A DNA stretch of 64,000 nucleotides from the human T2T-CHM13v2.0 reference genome, Homo sapiens: the NCBI RefSeq assembly GCF_009914755.1, contig NC_060942.1, one strand, 5' to 3'. Positions within the stretch are counted from its first letter, which is position 1. Each line of letters starts with the position of its first letter. Under the pieces are notes generated by a model. The model was not told the origin of the DNA. It saw only the letters and a program-made list of their open reading frames with translations, and did not search any database. Of the stretch, positions 26,287 through 39,779 are shown one piece after another. The translations under genes were made by a program, and so were the position numbers.

Positions 26287-28196
26287 GGGTCCCTGTGTTC
26301 ACACAGTCACTTGGTGGGCAGGGCAGGGGGAGATCTGGAATTAAGTTCCACCCAGATGTGCAGGAGGGCTGGGATGTGAGACTCTGGACAGGTCACCGGT
26401 CCTCTCAGGGCCTCAGTTGCCTAGCTCTGAAATCGAGATAAGGCATCTGCTCCCCGGGCTTTGTCAGGAAAATAAAGGAAATAAAAAGACACCTAATGCA
26501 ATGTGTAGAGCATATTAGGCATTCTTTATCATTTTTTTTTTGTATTTTCCTTATTGTCACTGTTAGCATTCATTCACCATTTTAACAGGAACAAATTCTA
26601 GCAGCTTCCCAAGGGTAGGTTTTGACAAGGGAAGAGAGTGAGTCCAGAATAGTAAATACATTTGTCTCCTCACACTTTCAACTTAAAAAAAAAAAAAGAG
26701 CTCCCTTGTTTACTTACCCAGCATTGACACTAGATTGACCCCATAGTTAACACTATTCAAATCCAGGAACACAGACTCCCTGTTCACTGAGCCACTTGAA
26801 AACTAGTCCTGCATTCAGGTAACACTCCCAGCATTTGGCCTTCCGCAATGCTGCAATGTAAGCCAAGCCCAGGTGCAATGTTGACCCACTGATGAGTCAA
26901 TGAGGATTAAATTCCTTGGTGAGTGGCAAAAAGGAAGAGTGACCCCTCATTTTCTCTGACTTCCCATTTGCCTGATCGACAAATTGTCCACACTCCAGGT
27001 GGCCTCCCTAGAGTAAGAACAGCTTTGCATTCCAAATTTCAGAGGGCCTTTCTCAAAGCACAGGTGAGAAGAGGTATCCCTAACAGGACGGAGTATCTTT
27101 GGCTCACCAGTAACATGCATTGTAGTTTTGTTTTTGAACTGAAAAAAAGGGCCCTACATAATAGTACTCTAAATTGTACCCCTGTTAAGTGTGAAAGGAA
27201 ATTTGAAATAAGGTGAATGGGACTGATGAGTTCAGCCTGTGAGTTCAGATGAATTCATGTTTTTTTCTCAATTTGGTTATTTGTTAATTTTGCATAAGCC
27301 ACAGCCTGTTCAGGGAGAAGGGGTGCAACACCCAACTCAAAGTTGAGCCCTGAGGGAGCTGATCTCACCCCGCACTGGGCTGGCAGGGCCCACGGCAGGG
27401 TTGCTGCCAGCTACAGACCCAGGGTTCCCAGCTGAAAGGTGAAGAGGCTACAGGGTGGCTGGTTCACTCATTCACTCTCTCATTCCACAGATAATTCCAG
27501 GAGAGCCAGGAGAGACCACAACGGCTCTCACTGCCATAAGAAAGACACTGCAATCCTTTAGAGCTTTGAGAACGTAGAGCTTAGCAGTGAGATGAAAATA
27601 CTTGCTTCTTGCTCTCTAAACCCTTTCCCAGCATCACCTTGGCACCTCTGCACTCACCCAGGCCCCATCCATATCCTGGGAAGCCATTGTTTGGGAGACC
27701 CAGGGTGATCCCATTAGGAGAGGCATTTGGGGGCAATATTTATTAACATGCATAGGACATCTTAACTAAGAAAAAAATAGTGCATGCATCCTAAAAGGGG
27801 GTTTCCACGTCTGTCCCTTATCTCTAACAAAGCACTCATCACGTCACGCTGTAATGATTTGCATGTGTCCTTGTGCCCTTATGTCATTACATACCTTGGG
27901 GAATCCTTGTGGGGAGGAAACAAGATGAATCTTGTTATGCTAAGTGCCCAGCAAAAAGCTAATCACCTGATAGGACCTAAGTCATTTCTAGATTATGTGA
28001 TTGATGATGATGTACATGGTTGCAGGTGCAGCTCTTGTAGCCACTCCCTCAGGGCTTCCAATTTTGTTTAGCTCATAAGGTTAAACAAAGATTATTTTAA
28101 ACATTTATTCTTTAAAATCACAGATGCTATGACATAACCTGGATATATGTCTTCCAAAAACTGGTTATAAGATTAATACCTAAAGAGTAGTTTACC

Positions 28197-28500
<304 letters not shown>

Positions 28501-28714
28501 GGAGAGAGTAAGTTACCCTCTACATTTATTTTCTAATATAAAGTGATTAACCTCAATTAAGGACTTTTCATGTTTCCAGTCATCTTCCCTTTCCTAAATT
28601 CTTGCCAATTTCATTTGCAGCTGTGTCATTCCTACTCTAATAGTTTCTCCCATGGTGTTCTGTGAACTCCCTCTTAGTTCACAGAGTTAGAGACCTCTGG
28701 GCTTTACCTCCCAG

Positions 28715-29187
28715 TCTCACAGCCCACCTTTCCCTGCAGCCGTTACTACAGTAACCAGCTTCTTGCAGGTGTTAATAGAGTGGCAAATGCTCTTCACCCC
28801 ACCTGACCTGCACACATCTTGCTTTCTGAAAAGGTAAGACAAGCTGGGAACCTGCTCATGCACATGGCAAATAGGACAGAGGAGTGTTAACTCCCCAGGG
28901 CTGAGCTCTTGACCAATGGCAGCTGGAAGCCAGTGGATCCATGATCCCTTGTTATATATTCCAGGCAGATCAACTGAGGCGCTTCCTACAAGACTCCTCA
29001 GACAGATCCAGCTCCAGTTGTCCAACAGTGACCAGCTTGGTAAAACAAACTTAGAGTGGCCTTCCCACCTTCCAGGTTTTACTACCCCGTCCCCACTTCT
29101 GTTCCCAGGAATCATTTTCTATAATTAGCACCCATATGCAAGCCCTGGTCTCAGCTTTGCTTTCTGTGGAGAACCCAGGCAGAGACA
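28715..29187 (+). mobile_element. LTR16-like ERVL LTR
   Basis: Ends ctcagctttgctttctgtggagaacccaggcagagaCA, typical of LTR16/LTR33. Confidence 0.7.
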
Positions 29188-30405
29188 TCCAGCAGAGTGA
29201 GCTGGGTCTCACCAGCGGTTTACGCCAACAGGACACAAGTTTTCAGTGCCTTCCTTTTATTTAACAATCTCACGGCAATTTTTCAAAAATAAAACTCCAT
29301 TGTAATATCCCTAGGGTACTTTCTCAAGCTTTTCTTTTCTCTACTGTTTCTCATGCATCTACAGTCCAGTTATGACAAAGGGAAAGAACTATATTGCTAC
29401 TATTAAGTAGGAAAATTGAGGGCTAGGAAGAGAGAAAGTAAGTTTAGTAGATGATGGAGCAGAAGATCTTACAATTTAGACATGAAAAATAAAAGAAGTC
29501 AAGAATTAAAAAGCAACACCAAACCACAGGCCTTTCAATTTCCCTGTTGGCTGATTCCTATCTATTAGAGGAGGGATAATAAGTAGCAGGGAAGGCAAAG
29601 AAAGGAATAGTCCAATATCTTCTGCTCATCTCAGGGCTCAGCATGGAATGAATGCTCTCTAGTGCACTGGAAATGGACTTGCAAACCCTTCTACAGTGCA
29701 TAAATTATTTCTTCTTAGTTAAGATGCCCTATGCATGTTAATAAATATTCCCCAAAATGCTTCTTCTAAAAAAAGAAAAACAAAAACAAAAACATAACAA
29801 AACACTGACATTACTCTGGGCCTCCAAAACTATATAGCTTCCCAGGGAGAAGAAACGAAGGCAGATAATCAAAGAGAAAGTTAAGATGGAGTCAAATGGA
29901 TGCAAAAATATTGGGCAAGAGAGTCAACATTGGTGAATAATGTCTGAATCAACAACAGAATAAAAACTGAAGAGCAAGAAAGCATTCCCATCTTAAATCC
30001 CTTTTTGGACTTGAAGAGCCTTCACGTTGGAGCTAAATAGGAATCTCATCAAATCTCTGAAGTAGAAACAAGTGGGAGTCACAAAGCATGAAGCAGTGAA
30101 TGAGCCCTGTGGGTGCCAGGTCAGAAGGTGGGCTCATTCCAGGCATACACCACATCCCAGGTGGGTCCACCCAGCCTGCATCTGCCAGGACTATCTGAGG
30201 TTGTCATGCTCTGATCCAAAGGGATTGCTGGTTATTATTATCCAGTGTGGAAACAAGCTCTCGAAGCCACAAGTTCAAGACTAGCCCCTCCAATGTAAAG
30301 GAAACTAAACAGATAGTCATTTTCTGTGTTTAAAAAACTAATGTCCCAAATAAACTTTTAAAATGAGGTAGTTTTGCGAAAGCCAGAACTTTCTTACTCT
30401 TCATT

Positions 30406-30530
30406 ATAAACATGTTTTCTCCATCTTTTTCAGGACTTTTTATGAAACAGGGTCAATAGATGTTACACTTTTCAATAAACATGTTTTCTCCATCTTTTTC
30501 TGAACATTTTTTTGAAACCAGGTCAACAGA
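30406..30530. repeat. Tandem duplication, period 69 bp
   Basis: ataaacatgttttctccatctttttc identical at 30406 and 30475; similarity continues to ggtcaa(t/c)aga. Confidence 0.9.
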
Positions 30531-32287
30531 CATGGATTTATTGCTCACAAAACAATTATATGTTCTAAATATAAAGAATGGCATGGCAATAAAGAAGCAG
30601 CAGGTTGATCTAATTGAATCTCTGCTCTTTATGCAACTCTTAGTTCTAAAATTGAAAAAAAAAAAAAGAAAACCAGTTACAATCCATGTATTCCCTATAA
30701 ATCCAAGGAAAACAGAACTGTTTTGTAACATACAACTAGGTCCCATATGTAGACATTAATTTTTTTTCCTTTCTTGTACTCAAACTCCATAAATGGTACT
30801 GTACTATAAAGAATTAAGAAGAATAAGTGATAATATTTCTTTATCACCAATTTTCGTAATTAAACTGGCAATCAGAAAAATTTTTAAAAATTCATATATC
30901 ATTTTACTCTACTGCCATTTTTACTATACAAGTATGCTTTGATGATGGTCAAGAAAATTATATAAGGTCTTTCTCAAATTATATACGGCCTGAGGTCTTT
31001 CCCAAATGGTGATACTGTTATAAATTTACACAATAGTAATTTTTGTTTTTTCAAGTGTTTTCCATCTACTAACTCTGGTTTTCTTATAACTGAAGGTATT
31101 TTTCAAAATTATCTTTATCCTGGGACCTGATCACCCACACAGAAATCCCAGCTTTCTAAAGGACAGTCTTTGATTTCAACACTCAGAATCTGATGTTTTA
31201 ATTAAACAACAGGAAATATAAACAAGCTCCTTAATGTGATTTTCCTTATTCAAGAATACGATGGCAGAATCCATCAGCAGGGAGACACCTGACACCTAAG
31301 ATTTAGTGCATACTGACATGGATCATGCACCGTGCTGAGACAGATAGAACAAAAACAACTAAGAATTTTATAGCAAAAAAAAAAAAAAGACATAAACACT
31401 CAGCTATAATGAAAATGTGATGACTATTATGTAATAAAAATTCATTTTTAATGCTCTGAGTCTTTAATATGATTGGCTGAAAATGCTTAGGCACAAAATT
31501 CCAAGTGCCAGTAGCTAAAGGGGTGTTTAATACTGATTCACAGAAGTTCAGCTATTTCTGTGCAATATAACATCTTTTCCTGAGCCACGTCAGCATTGTG
31601 ACAAAAGCTGGAGGAGACACACTCATCCCCTGGGGCTCAGGGTAGGGCCCTCGGGTCAGGGAGAGCTGACACTCAGCACACAGGAAGACCCGTGCTTCTT
31701 GGAAACAGGAGTTACAGACCAACCGGTATTCAACTATACAAGTGAAAGATTATTCAGGAATATATTTGCTCTGGACAAAGGAAAGATTAATAGACAACAT
31801 GGAGCTGAAATTATAAAGGAAACGCAGCTAGCCTTAGACTGAAATGGATGGTTTTCAGTAGTTTTGTAGGTCGGAGGATTTGAAAAGTAGCATGAGAAAC
31901 CCATGACAGTGCCAGTCTCTTTTGAGCACCTACTATATACCAGTTGTTTTCTAAGAGATGAGGCCACTCCATCTTCATAAACATACACACAGATAGACAG
32001 ACAGACAGACATGCTCATGTGTTGACTACATCTATGATGATGCCTTGGTTAACTGAGTAAATATCTACATATCTCTCTCATTCTACAGTACAGTTTCAGT
32101 CCATTTTAATCAATTTTTGATCATCTTTACAATGTCCCTAGTTAAGTAATCTCCTTTAGTCTCTGTTTTAGCCAGTTTTGAGAACACTGTAAAAATAAAT
32201 TAGAATGAACAATAAAGGTGCTTGTGCTTGGGTATCAGGAAGTAGCAGCTGATGACTCCTGAAGTTCCCCAAGCTCCTTTTGCTTTT

Positions 32288-32354
32288 TCTTTAAGAGACG
32301 CATCTCGTCTTGCCCACGCTGGTCTATTACAGGTGTGAGCCACTGCGCCCGGCC
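32288..32354 (-). mobile_element. Internally deleted Alu monomer (~65 bp) with TSD
   Basis: GGCCGGGCGCAGTGGCTCACACCTGTAAT fused to AGACCAGCGTGGGCAAGACGAGATGCGTCTCT; TSD tccttttgctttt / tccgtttgctttt. Confidence 0.85.
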
Positions 32355-33249
32355 TCCGTTTGCTTTTAACTGTCGAGGGTTCTTTGTCTACGTCCTCGGC
32401 TAACTTTCATGTGTCCTTGGGAAGCTCAGTGAGTCTCACTTCAAAATCTGGTTATTGACATATCAATGAAGTTTTAAAATATTAAAATCAACTTATATTC
32501 AATATAGGAAATATCTGATCAAAAGTCATTCCTCATACTAATAACCTAAAATTGTGGGATATGATGAAATTGCTGTCATATTTTTAACTAAAGCAGGGAA
32601 AGCACACAATATGCCATTTCCTCTGAAAGTGGTTATTGGTTTCCTAGAGGGCAGCTGGTGCCTTTCAACGCCCAAAAAATAAATGACAGAGCACCTTTGA
32701 TGCCGTTCCTGCGATTTGTCCCTTTGTCCTGTGATGCATGTATGTGCAAGCCAGAAGCCCCCAGGAAATCCACAAGCACTGGCAGGGGAGTAGACGCTGC
32801 TGCCATCAGCAGGCTTGAATAAAAGATACAAATATGAATGTCAAAACCCTGATAATAGGGCATCACCAACTTCATTATGCTGCCTGACCAAGGGCTTCTG
32901 TCTAAAAATCAATCCAATATTGATAACAGGGTGCAGGCAGGAAAGCAATTTCAGAGGTGACAGGCTATTTTTTTAACCAGAGACAGTTTCACGCAAATAT
33001 CAGAATACCAGAGGTCTTGGTGGTCTAAACCCATGATTATCTTTCCAGAAAGATGTAGATTCTCTTTTTTTTTTTCAAAATGACAAAAGCTTTCCGCTGG
33101 ATATATACATTGAAAATAATCGTGGTAAAATTTTTGAGCAGTGCATAAAAGTTTAAATAAGCACAAGTCACCTAAAATAACCCCATTCTGAAAGAACCAT
33201 CATTAGCACTTAGTAAACATATTTTATATATCTCTCTCTAAACACAAAC

Positions 33250-36200
33250 ACACACACACAAAAGATTATATTTAATATGACAATTTTGTTTGGATTGTTT
33301 TTTCTCTCAGCTGGGTTGTTTGTGTTTTAAAGAAAAAATAGAACATGGTTTGCAAATGTTTTTTAAACCATCATTTTTCTATTTACATTGTTTATGTGAT
33401 TTTTTATAGCTCTAGATTTCTTGTCTTCCTTAAAAAAAAGGTCCTCAGTTAGTTATTTAGTTTATCTTTTTAGATTTAAGTGGTATTGTTGTTTTTAATT
33501 AAGGTCTTGAATTAAATTTTATTTTTGTATGTGAGGTAAGAGACCTATTTTATTTTCTTCCTGATGAATTTATATTTGAGCTACCATTATTTAGTAAAGA
33601 AGTTTTTTGTGATTGAACTTAAATACTAATAATTGTCACATATTAAATTACTAAATATCTGGGTTATTTATGGTTTTCTGTAACTTTCATGCTATTTGAG
33701 CTTGCCTGGTATGTTTTAGTATTTGGTATTGTTTTCTCATCTATTCTCAAATACTTATCTTCTATAGGAAGTTTTTATATAATTAAAGTGTAATTCTAAT
33801 TAGGATTTAATTATCATTACTATAAAAATTTTAGAGGATTTTATTTGATTTTGTTATTAAATAATTTTATCCAAGGTTATAATATATCTTTGTACTTGAG
33901 CAAAACATTGCTATCCTTCAAAAAATTTATAATTATTTTTCATATATTATAGATTCTTTATTAAAGCAATTACTGAATATTTCATAGCTTTTATCATTGT
34001 GAATTAAATTGTTCACATTTTTATGTTTAGCTGGTAATTACTAATAGATAGAAAACTATTAATTTATATTTATAATCTTATTTAAGTCAAGCATTCTAGA
34101 TTTTCTTTATATAAAATCCTATCTGCAGCCAAATAAAATATTTCATTTATTTCCCACTATTCAAAGAAGGTGGACCTCCTCTTCCAACTCAGAATGGACC
34201 CTGGTCCCCACCTTCTCCTGCAAGAGCAGCTAAACTCAGATTCAGTTCAGAGAGACTTATTCCCTCTGGCTGAGGTCACTATGTGTCCCGCAGGTGAAGA
34301 TCCCCACAACTACACCAAAATCCACAGATGCAAGGCAACTGGGCTCACCCAGAAATGACCAGGAATATCTGTCCATCCAGTCTTCTTGGCTCCAAACAGC
34401 TTGTGTATTCTCCCACCTACAAAGCTACTTTCTTATGCTCAACCTCTAGCAAGAGAGATGCATAGAATCTCTCTACTGGAATGGAATACATGGCATGTCC
34501 AATAGATGCCTTGGGCCCATCATAGCTCTTCATGGTGAGAATTTGGGTGACTGCATGTCTCTCTCCTTTACAGATGCTGCTCTTTGAGTTTTCCTTTTTA
34601 TCAGCGAGTCTATTTCTTAGCCAATGCCACATGATGTGGAATTCACCCTGACCTCCTCTGTAATAGAAAATTGATCATCAAGGATCCTACCATGAGGTGC
34701 TTTATTTTCCAACCTTTGTAACAATTGTTTCCTTTGTTTTACCTTTGAAATTTAATAGAAGCCCCAAAGCAATTTGAATAATGATACCATGTAATTTTGT
34801 CCCTGATTGATTTTACATTTTGCTTATTGACAATTATTGTTGCAGAAAGCCTTCAACATATATAAGTAGTTTTCATTTATTTGTATCTTACTCAGTGTTT
34901 TTATTGGCTGCTGAAATGTACCAAATACTTTTTTATTCCTCATGATATGACCATATTGGTTTTCTCCTCCACTTTTTGCTGTAATTTATTATGTTGATAT
35001 ATTTCCTAATATGGAACCATCCTTGCATTCTTCAAGTGATCTCAATTTGGTCATCGTATGTTATTATTTTTATTGTGTTTGTCAACATTCAAAAAAATTT
35101 CATATCTCTATTTATAAGTGAGATTGGTCTGCACTATTTTCTTTGTACTACCTCTATGTGTTTCAGGATTTTTTTTACAGGCTTTAAAAGATAGATTGGA
35201 AGTCTTTCCACCTTTAAATAGAATCCAGGCTAATATAAATAACTTTGAAATTATCTATCTCTTAAGTGCTACATAGAACTCAGATGTGAAATTATCAATT
35301 CCTGGGATTTCTAAGTAATATATTTAATTATATTTCTAATATCTTCTAAAATCTATATTAATTTCTTACATTTGTTAGTCCAACATTTGAATTTATTATT
35401 TACTACAAAATTACCAATTTTCCCTAGGTTTCCAAATTTGTTGTCAAGGAATCCACATAGTAATCTGTTATAATTATTTTCATTTCTTCTGTTTCTCCTT
35501 CCTATTTCTTAATTTTGTATAATTTTGATCTTTTTCTTTAAAGGCCTTTTGTATTTTATTGGTCCTTTCAAAAAACAAGATTTTTAATTTTATTTTTCTC
35601 AGAAAGTTTAACTCTTATCTTTGTTAATTCTGTTCATCTACTTTCCTTTGTTAGCTTTGTTCTATTATAATTTTTCAAATAACCATAAATTTCTATATTT
35701 ATAGCCTGTCATCTTTATTAATCAAAGCATATAGGACCAATATTTTTACTGTATCCCACATATATTTATGTGACATGCTCTTTTAATTTTTTTCTAAATT
35801 TATCCATTGATTTTATGTTGAGTATATTTCATAATTTTATTATTAATAATTTTATTTGATTATAATCAGAGAATTCACTCTCCAAATCATCTTGATTATT
35901 TTGATAAGATTTTCCTGCACTCAGTGTATGACCAAATTTTTAATGTTTTTATATATATAAGGAAGAAAACAAGTCTATATTCTTAATCAAAAGATTAAAC
36001 TAGATATTCAAATTTGTTGATTATTGTATTCAATTTCATTCTGGTCTGAGTAATTTTTTACCTACTAAACCTGAAATTGAGAGAAATACATTAAATCTTC
36101 TGTTTTAATCAATTCTTATTGCAATCTAAAAGATCTTTATTATTTAAGTATTATGCTGATTAATGTGTGTAAGTTTGTGACATTTCTTTTTTATGAATAG

Positions 36201-37620
36201 GTATGTTAAGACTGTATAATGTTCCTCTTTGTTTAGTACTTTTATCCAAAATTTTTACCCTATTTAATATTAACATTTTACTCATCCTTTTTTCTTTCTG
36301 TTTATGTAGATTTTCTCATTCTCTTATTTCTAATATTTGACTTTATTCCTCCTATCTTATATTAATTTTACTTTCTGATTTTCTTCTGCTGTTTTGATCA
36401 AGTAAAAATTGAAGTCCTAATTCCTTACTAATTTCAAAAATTCCCTTATCTATTGGCACTTTTCTACAAGTTTAATGTCATAAAACTCATAATCAAACAA
36501 CAACATTTCTTCTGCATTATATGAAAAACAGCCATCAAACATTTTTCTCCACTAGACAGTCTTTCCTCCCATCTTTTTCTTCCCTTTCTATATATAAGAT
36601 AATATTTTTGGAATATTTTTACTTCCCCCTTTCCTAAATGAGAACTTTGAAATACCTTTTCTTCCTTCTATTCCATCACTTTCAACACCAAATCCTAAGT
36701 TTTGATCATGCAATTTAGTGTTTTTAATACTTTTATATTTAGACTATTACTAATTTTTATTTTTATTATATTACAGTTTCTTCTTTTTCAGAATCCTTAT
36801 TTAGCACATCAAGATCTAGTCACATTTTGTAGTTCATTTAGATTTAAATAACTGGATATAGCTATAGCAGGACTTGTTACTAACTTCTCATTTTAATCTT
36901 CCCCCACACTGAAATCTCTGTAGTAATTTGTTTATTGCTTAATGAGAGTCTATTTTTTAACTATTGTCTACAGGTGAGCTTTATGGTTGATATAATCTCT
37001 GAAATCTGAATATTAGTAAATTTGTAAATTTATTTTAACTGAATGATATCTTGGATGCATGTGGGATCCTTTTAACAGGAGCTTTTTCTTAGAATTCTGT
37101 AGATATTATCTGATGAACTTCCAGAGCTGCAGGTGAACAATTTCTAGTTTTTCTTTTCTTCTTCATAAGTAAGTAACCTGTTCATTCTGTCATAACATAT
37201 GAAAATTTCCTCTTTATTCTTGGGCATCAGAAATGTAACTAGAATAGGTTCAGGTGTGTGTCCTTTTCATCAGTCTTGGATGGATCTCAGTAAGGCATTT
37301 TCCTCTGCAAACTCCAATTATACTTTGACTTAGAGAAATATGCTGCTATTATTTTTTCAGTTATTGCGTTTCCTTCAGAAAGTCTTTCCATAACAAAAAT
37401 TATTCATGTGTTACATTTTCAGGATCTATCCTTTTTATCTTTTCATATTTTTGTTCTGTGTCTTGAGGTATTTCTTCCTCTTAATCCTCCCAGCAGTAAT
37501 TCTGTGCTCAATAGTGCTTACATTTTTTCAATACCGTGTTTTTAATTCTGAAAGTCTTTTGTGCTGTAATAAATCTCCTTATATGCTCTAATTATTTCTG
37601 TAATTTCACTTGTCATCCAT
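33250..37620 (-). mobile_element. Long, highly degraded old L1 (L1ME/L1M5-type) region
   Basis: Extremely T-rich plus strand; antisense L1-like stretches such as ggaaccatccttgcattc and ataagtgagattggtctg. Confidence 0.7.
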
Positions 37621-38400
37621 TCTTTCTTTCCCTTGCTACTGCTTATTTGTGAGTTTATTTGTACTCACTGGGGTTCAGATGACGCTTCTATGAAACATTA
37701 AACAAGAGCAATCCCTCCTCTAATAGGGTGTGTGCACACACAGAGAAACATGTCTTCCCAGCCAGCAGGTAAGCTTCAGCTCCTTCCATTCAACAGGTAA
37801 GCTTCAGTACCAAGAGGAAGTAGCTCTCCCTGCCGGCCTCCGTAGCCTTAAAAAGAGTGGATAGAAGAAGCCCAGCCCACACTCAGCAATTTGGCATTCT
37901 AGAAGTGTAGCAGATCTTTCTACGAATTCTTACACATGAGCAAGCTCTACCCATCTTCTCAGAGACCCACAGATCTTCCAAAGCCAAGAGTTTCCATCAT
38001 CCACCAACCCTCATTTCAGGGAGCTCTGTTTTTTTCATCTGCAGGCCAAAAATGAGCATATCTGGGTCCTGGCAGGACCTGAGTCTCACTCATATTTTCG
38101 GGGCCTTTTCTTGTGATGATGGCAGGTCACTTGACGAGGAAAAGATGGTCAATAATGAATAGTTGGCAAAGGAAAACATCAGGAATACATTCAAACTGAC
38201 ATCTTCCCAGAATGCTCGAGGCGTCTGCTTCCACACATACTATCTTACTCCACAATTAGAGGCAGGTAGAGAACTGAGAAAAAGCACAATGAGGCTCAGA
38301 AATGTAGCAAGTAAGTGTTAAACTGAAGAAGGAACATTTAGAAAGACTTAAGAAATGATAAACACTGCATAATTTATCTGAGCAATCAGGGTAGAACATG

Positions 38401-38492
38401 TATTAGGTTGGTACAAAACTAATTGTGGGTTTTGCAATTGTTAATAAAAGTAAAATGGCAAAAACCTCAATTACTTTTGCATCCACCTACTA
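38401..38492. mobile_element. MADE1 (Hsmar1-derived MITE), diverged
   Basis: tattaggttggtacaaaactaattg...caattacttttgcatccacctac. Confidence 0.9.
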
Positions 38493-39571
38493 AAAAAGTT
38501 GTAAACCTTGCATTATTGTCAATTTTTTATTCCAATAATTTAGTTTTAATCTCTGAATATGACAGAGGTATTTTTACATGTCATGCCTCAACTCTGTAGC
38601 AGATTTTATTCAGTACTTTTTATATTGCAGGTGGTTTCTAATTTAGACCTACAAAGTTACTTAATTTTCTGAAATGCTAAAACTTGGCTGGTAATTGCTA
38701 ACATGACACTTCTAAGTGATCTAATTGTAAACAGACAGAAAAATCAGGACTATTATCAGAGTTCTTGTTTTGGCTCAGAGACCATATTTCACCCTGCAAT
38801 TTCATCCATCATGTCCATAAAATGTTTTCTTATGAGAGGGAGGAGTCAACATTTACCTATAATTGTCTAGCACCCTTTGATTTTTATCAGGAATTGAAAG
38901 ATGGGTCATTTGTCATGAAGCATACCCAGAAATTTAAGTAATTTGAGATTCCTAGCATTTTAAGCTTCCAACTGGCACTTCTGCATAACTATAGAATAAA
39001 AGCCTAGATATACTGGTTGCAAATGACACTGTATAACTTTGAATCAAATATGTTGCAGCCTTAGAGGACAACAGCTTGCACAAGTGGCCTGTCTCAGCAT
39101 CCACTATCAGGACAGCAAGGGGAGCTGCTTTTCAGCCTCTAGCAATCAAATAGACATAAAATTTTTTTCAGATGTTCATTGAAATTGGAAAAAGTCTAGA
39201 ATATTTGAATTGTTCTCAAAAGAACAGGGTTCCCTCTTGATTAGAAAAGAAATCTGAAAGTGGAGGCTGAAGCAGGATGATGCAACCACCTAAGCTCAAA
39301 CTGCAGCAATAGAGTCAGAGTAGAAGAAAATGTAGTTAATCAAGTGAGGAGCTGAGGATGAGGTTATAATTTCACCAGAAACCTAGTGACGTGACGAGTG
39401 TGATGGAGGTCCTGAACAAGGGCGAAGGCAAGGTGTCTTGCAGCTTGGCTGAGAGCTAAAGTCCAGGGAAGCACAGAACAGGCTGTGGCTTGGGGAAGCA
39501 CCATGGAGAGCTCCAGCTGCGCTTTCCTTCCAAGCCAGCATGCACTGTCTTTGCCAGCAAAGCCACTGAGA

Positions 39572-39779
39572 ATTCTTTCTCTTTCTTTTCTTTCTTTCTT
39601 TTTTCTTTCATTTCCTTTCTTTCTTTCCTTTCTTTCTTTTTTTCTTTCTTTCCTTTCTTTCTTTCATCTTTCTTCCTTTTTTTCTTTTTTTTTTTTTTCA
39701 GAGGCTCATTCTGTCGCCCAGGCTGGAATGCACTGGCGCTATCTCAGCTCACTGAAACCTCCACCTCCCGGGTTCACGC
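39572..39779 (-). mobile_element. 5'-truncated Alu (~80 bp) whose tail expanded into a (TTTC)n tract at 39572-39699
   Basis: Alu 3' end at 39700-39779; TSD aagccactgagaattctttct / aagccactgggaattctttct. Confidence 0.92.

Noticed and set aside
26889-27260. CTGATGAG motifs suggesting hammerhead ribozyme cores (26889, 27223)
   Set aside because: No stem II followed by GAAA and no stem III/NUH geometry; the first is better read as an AP-1 site (TGAGTCA)
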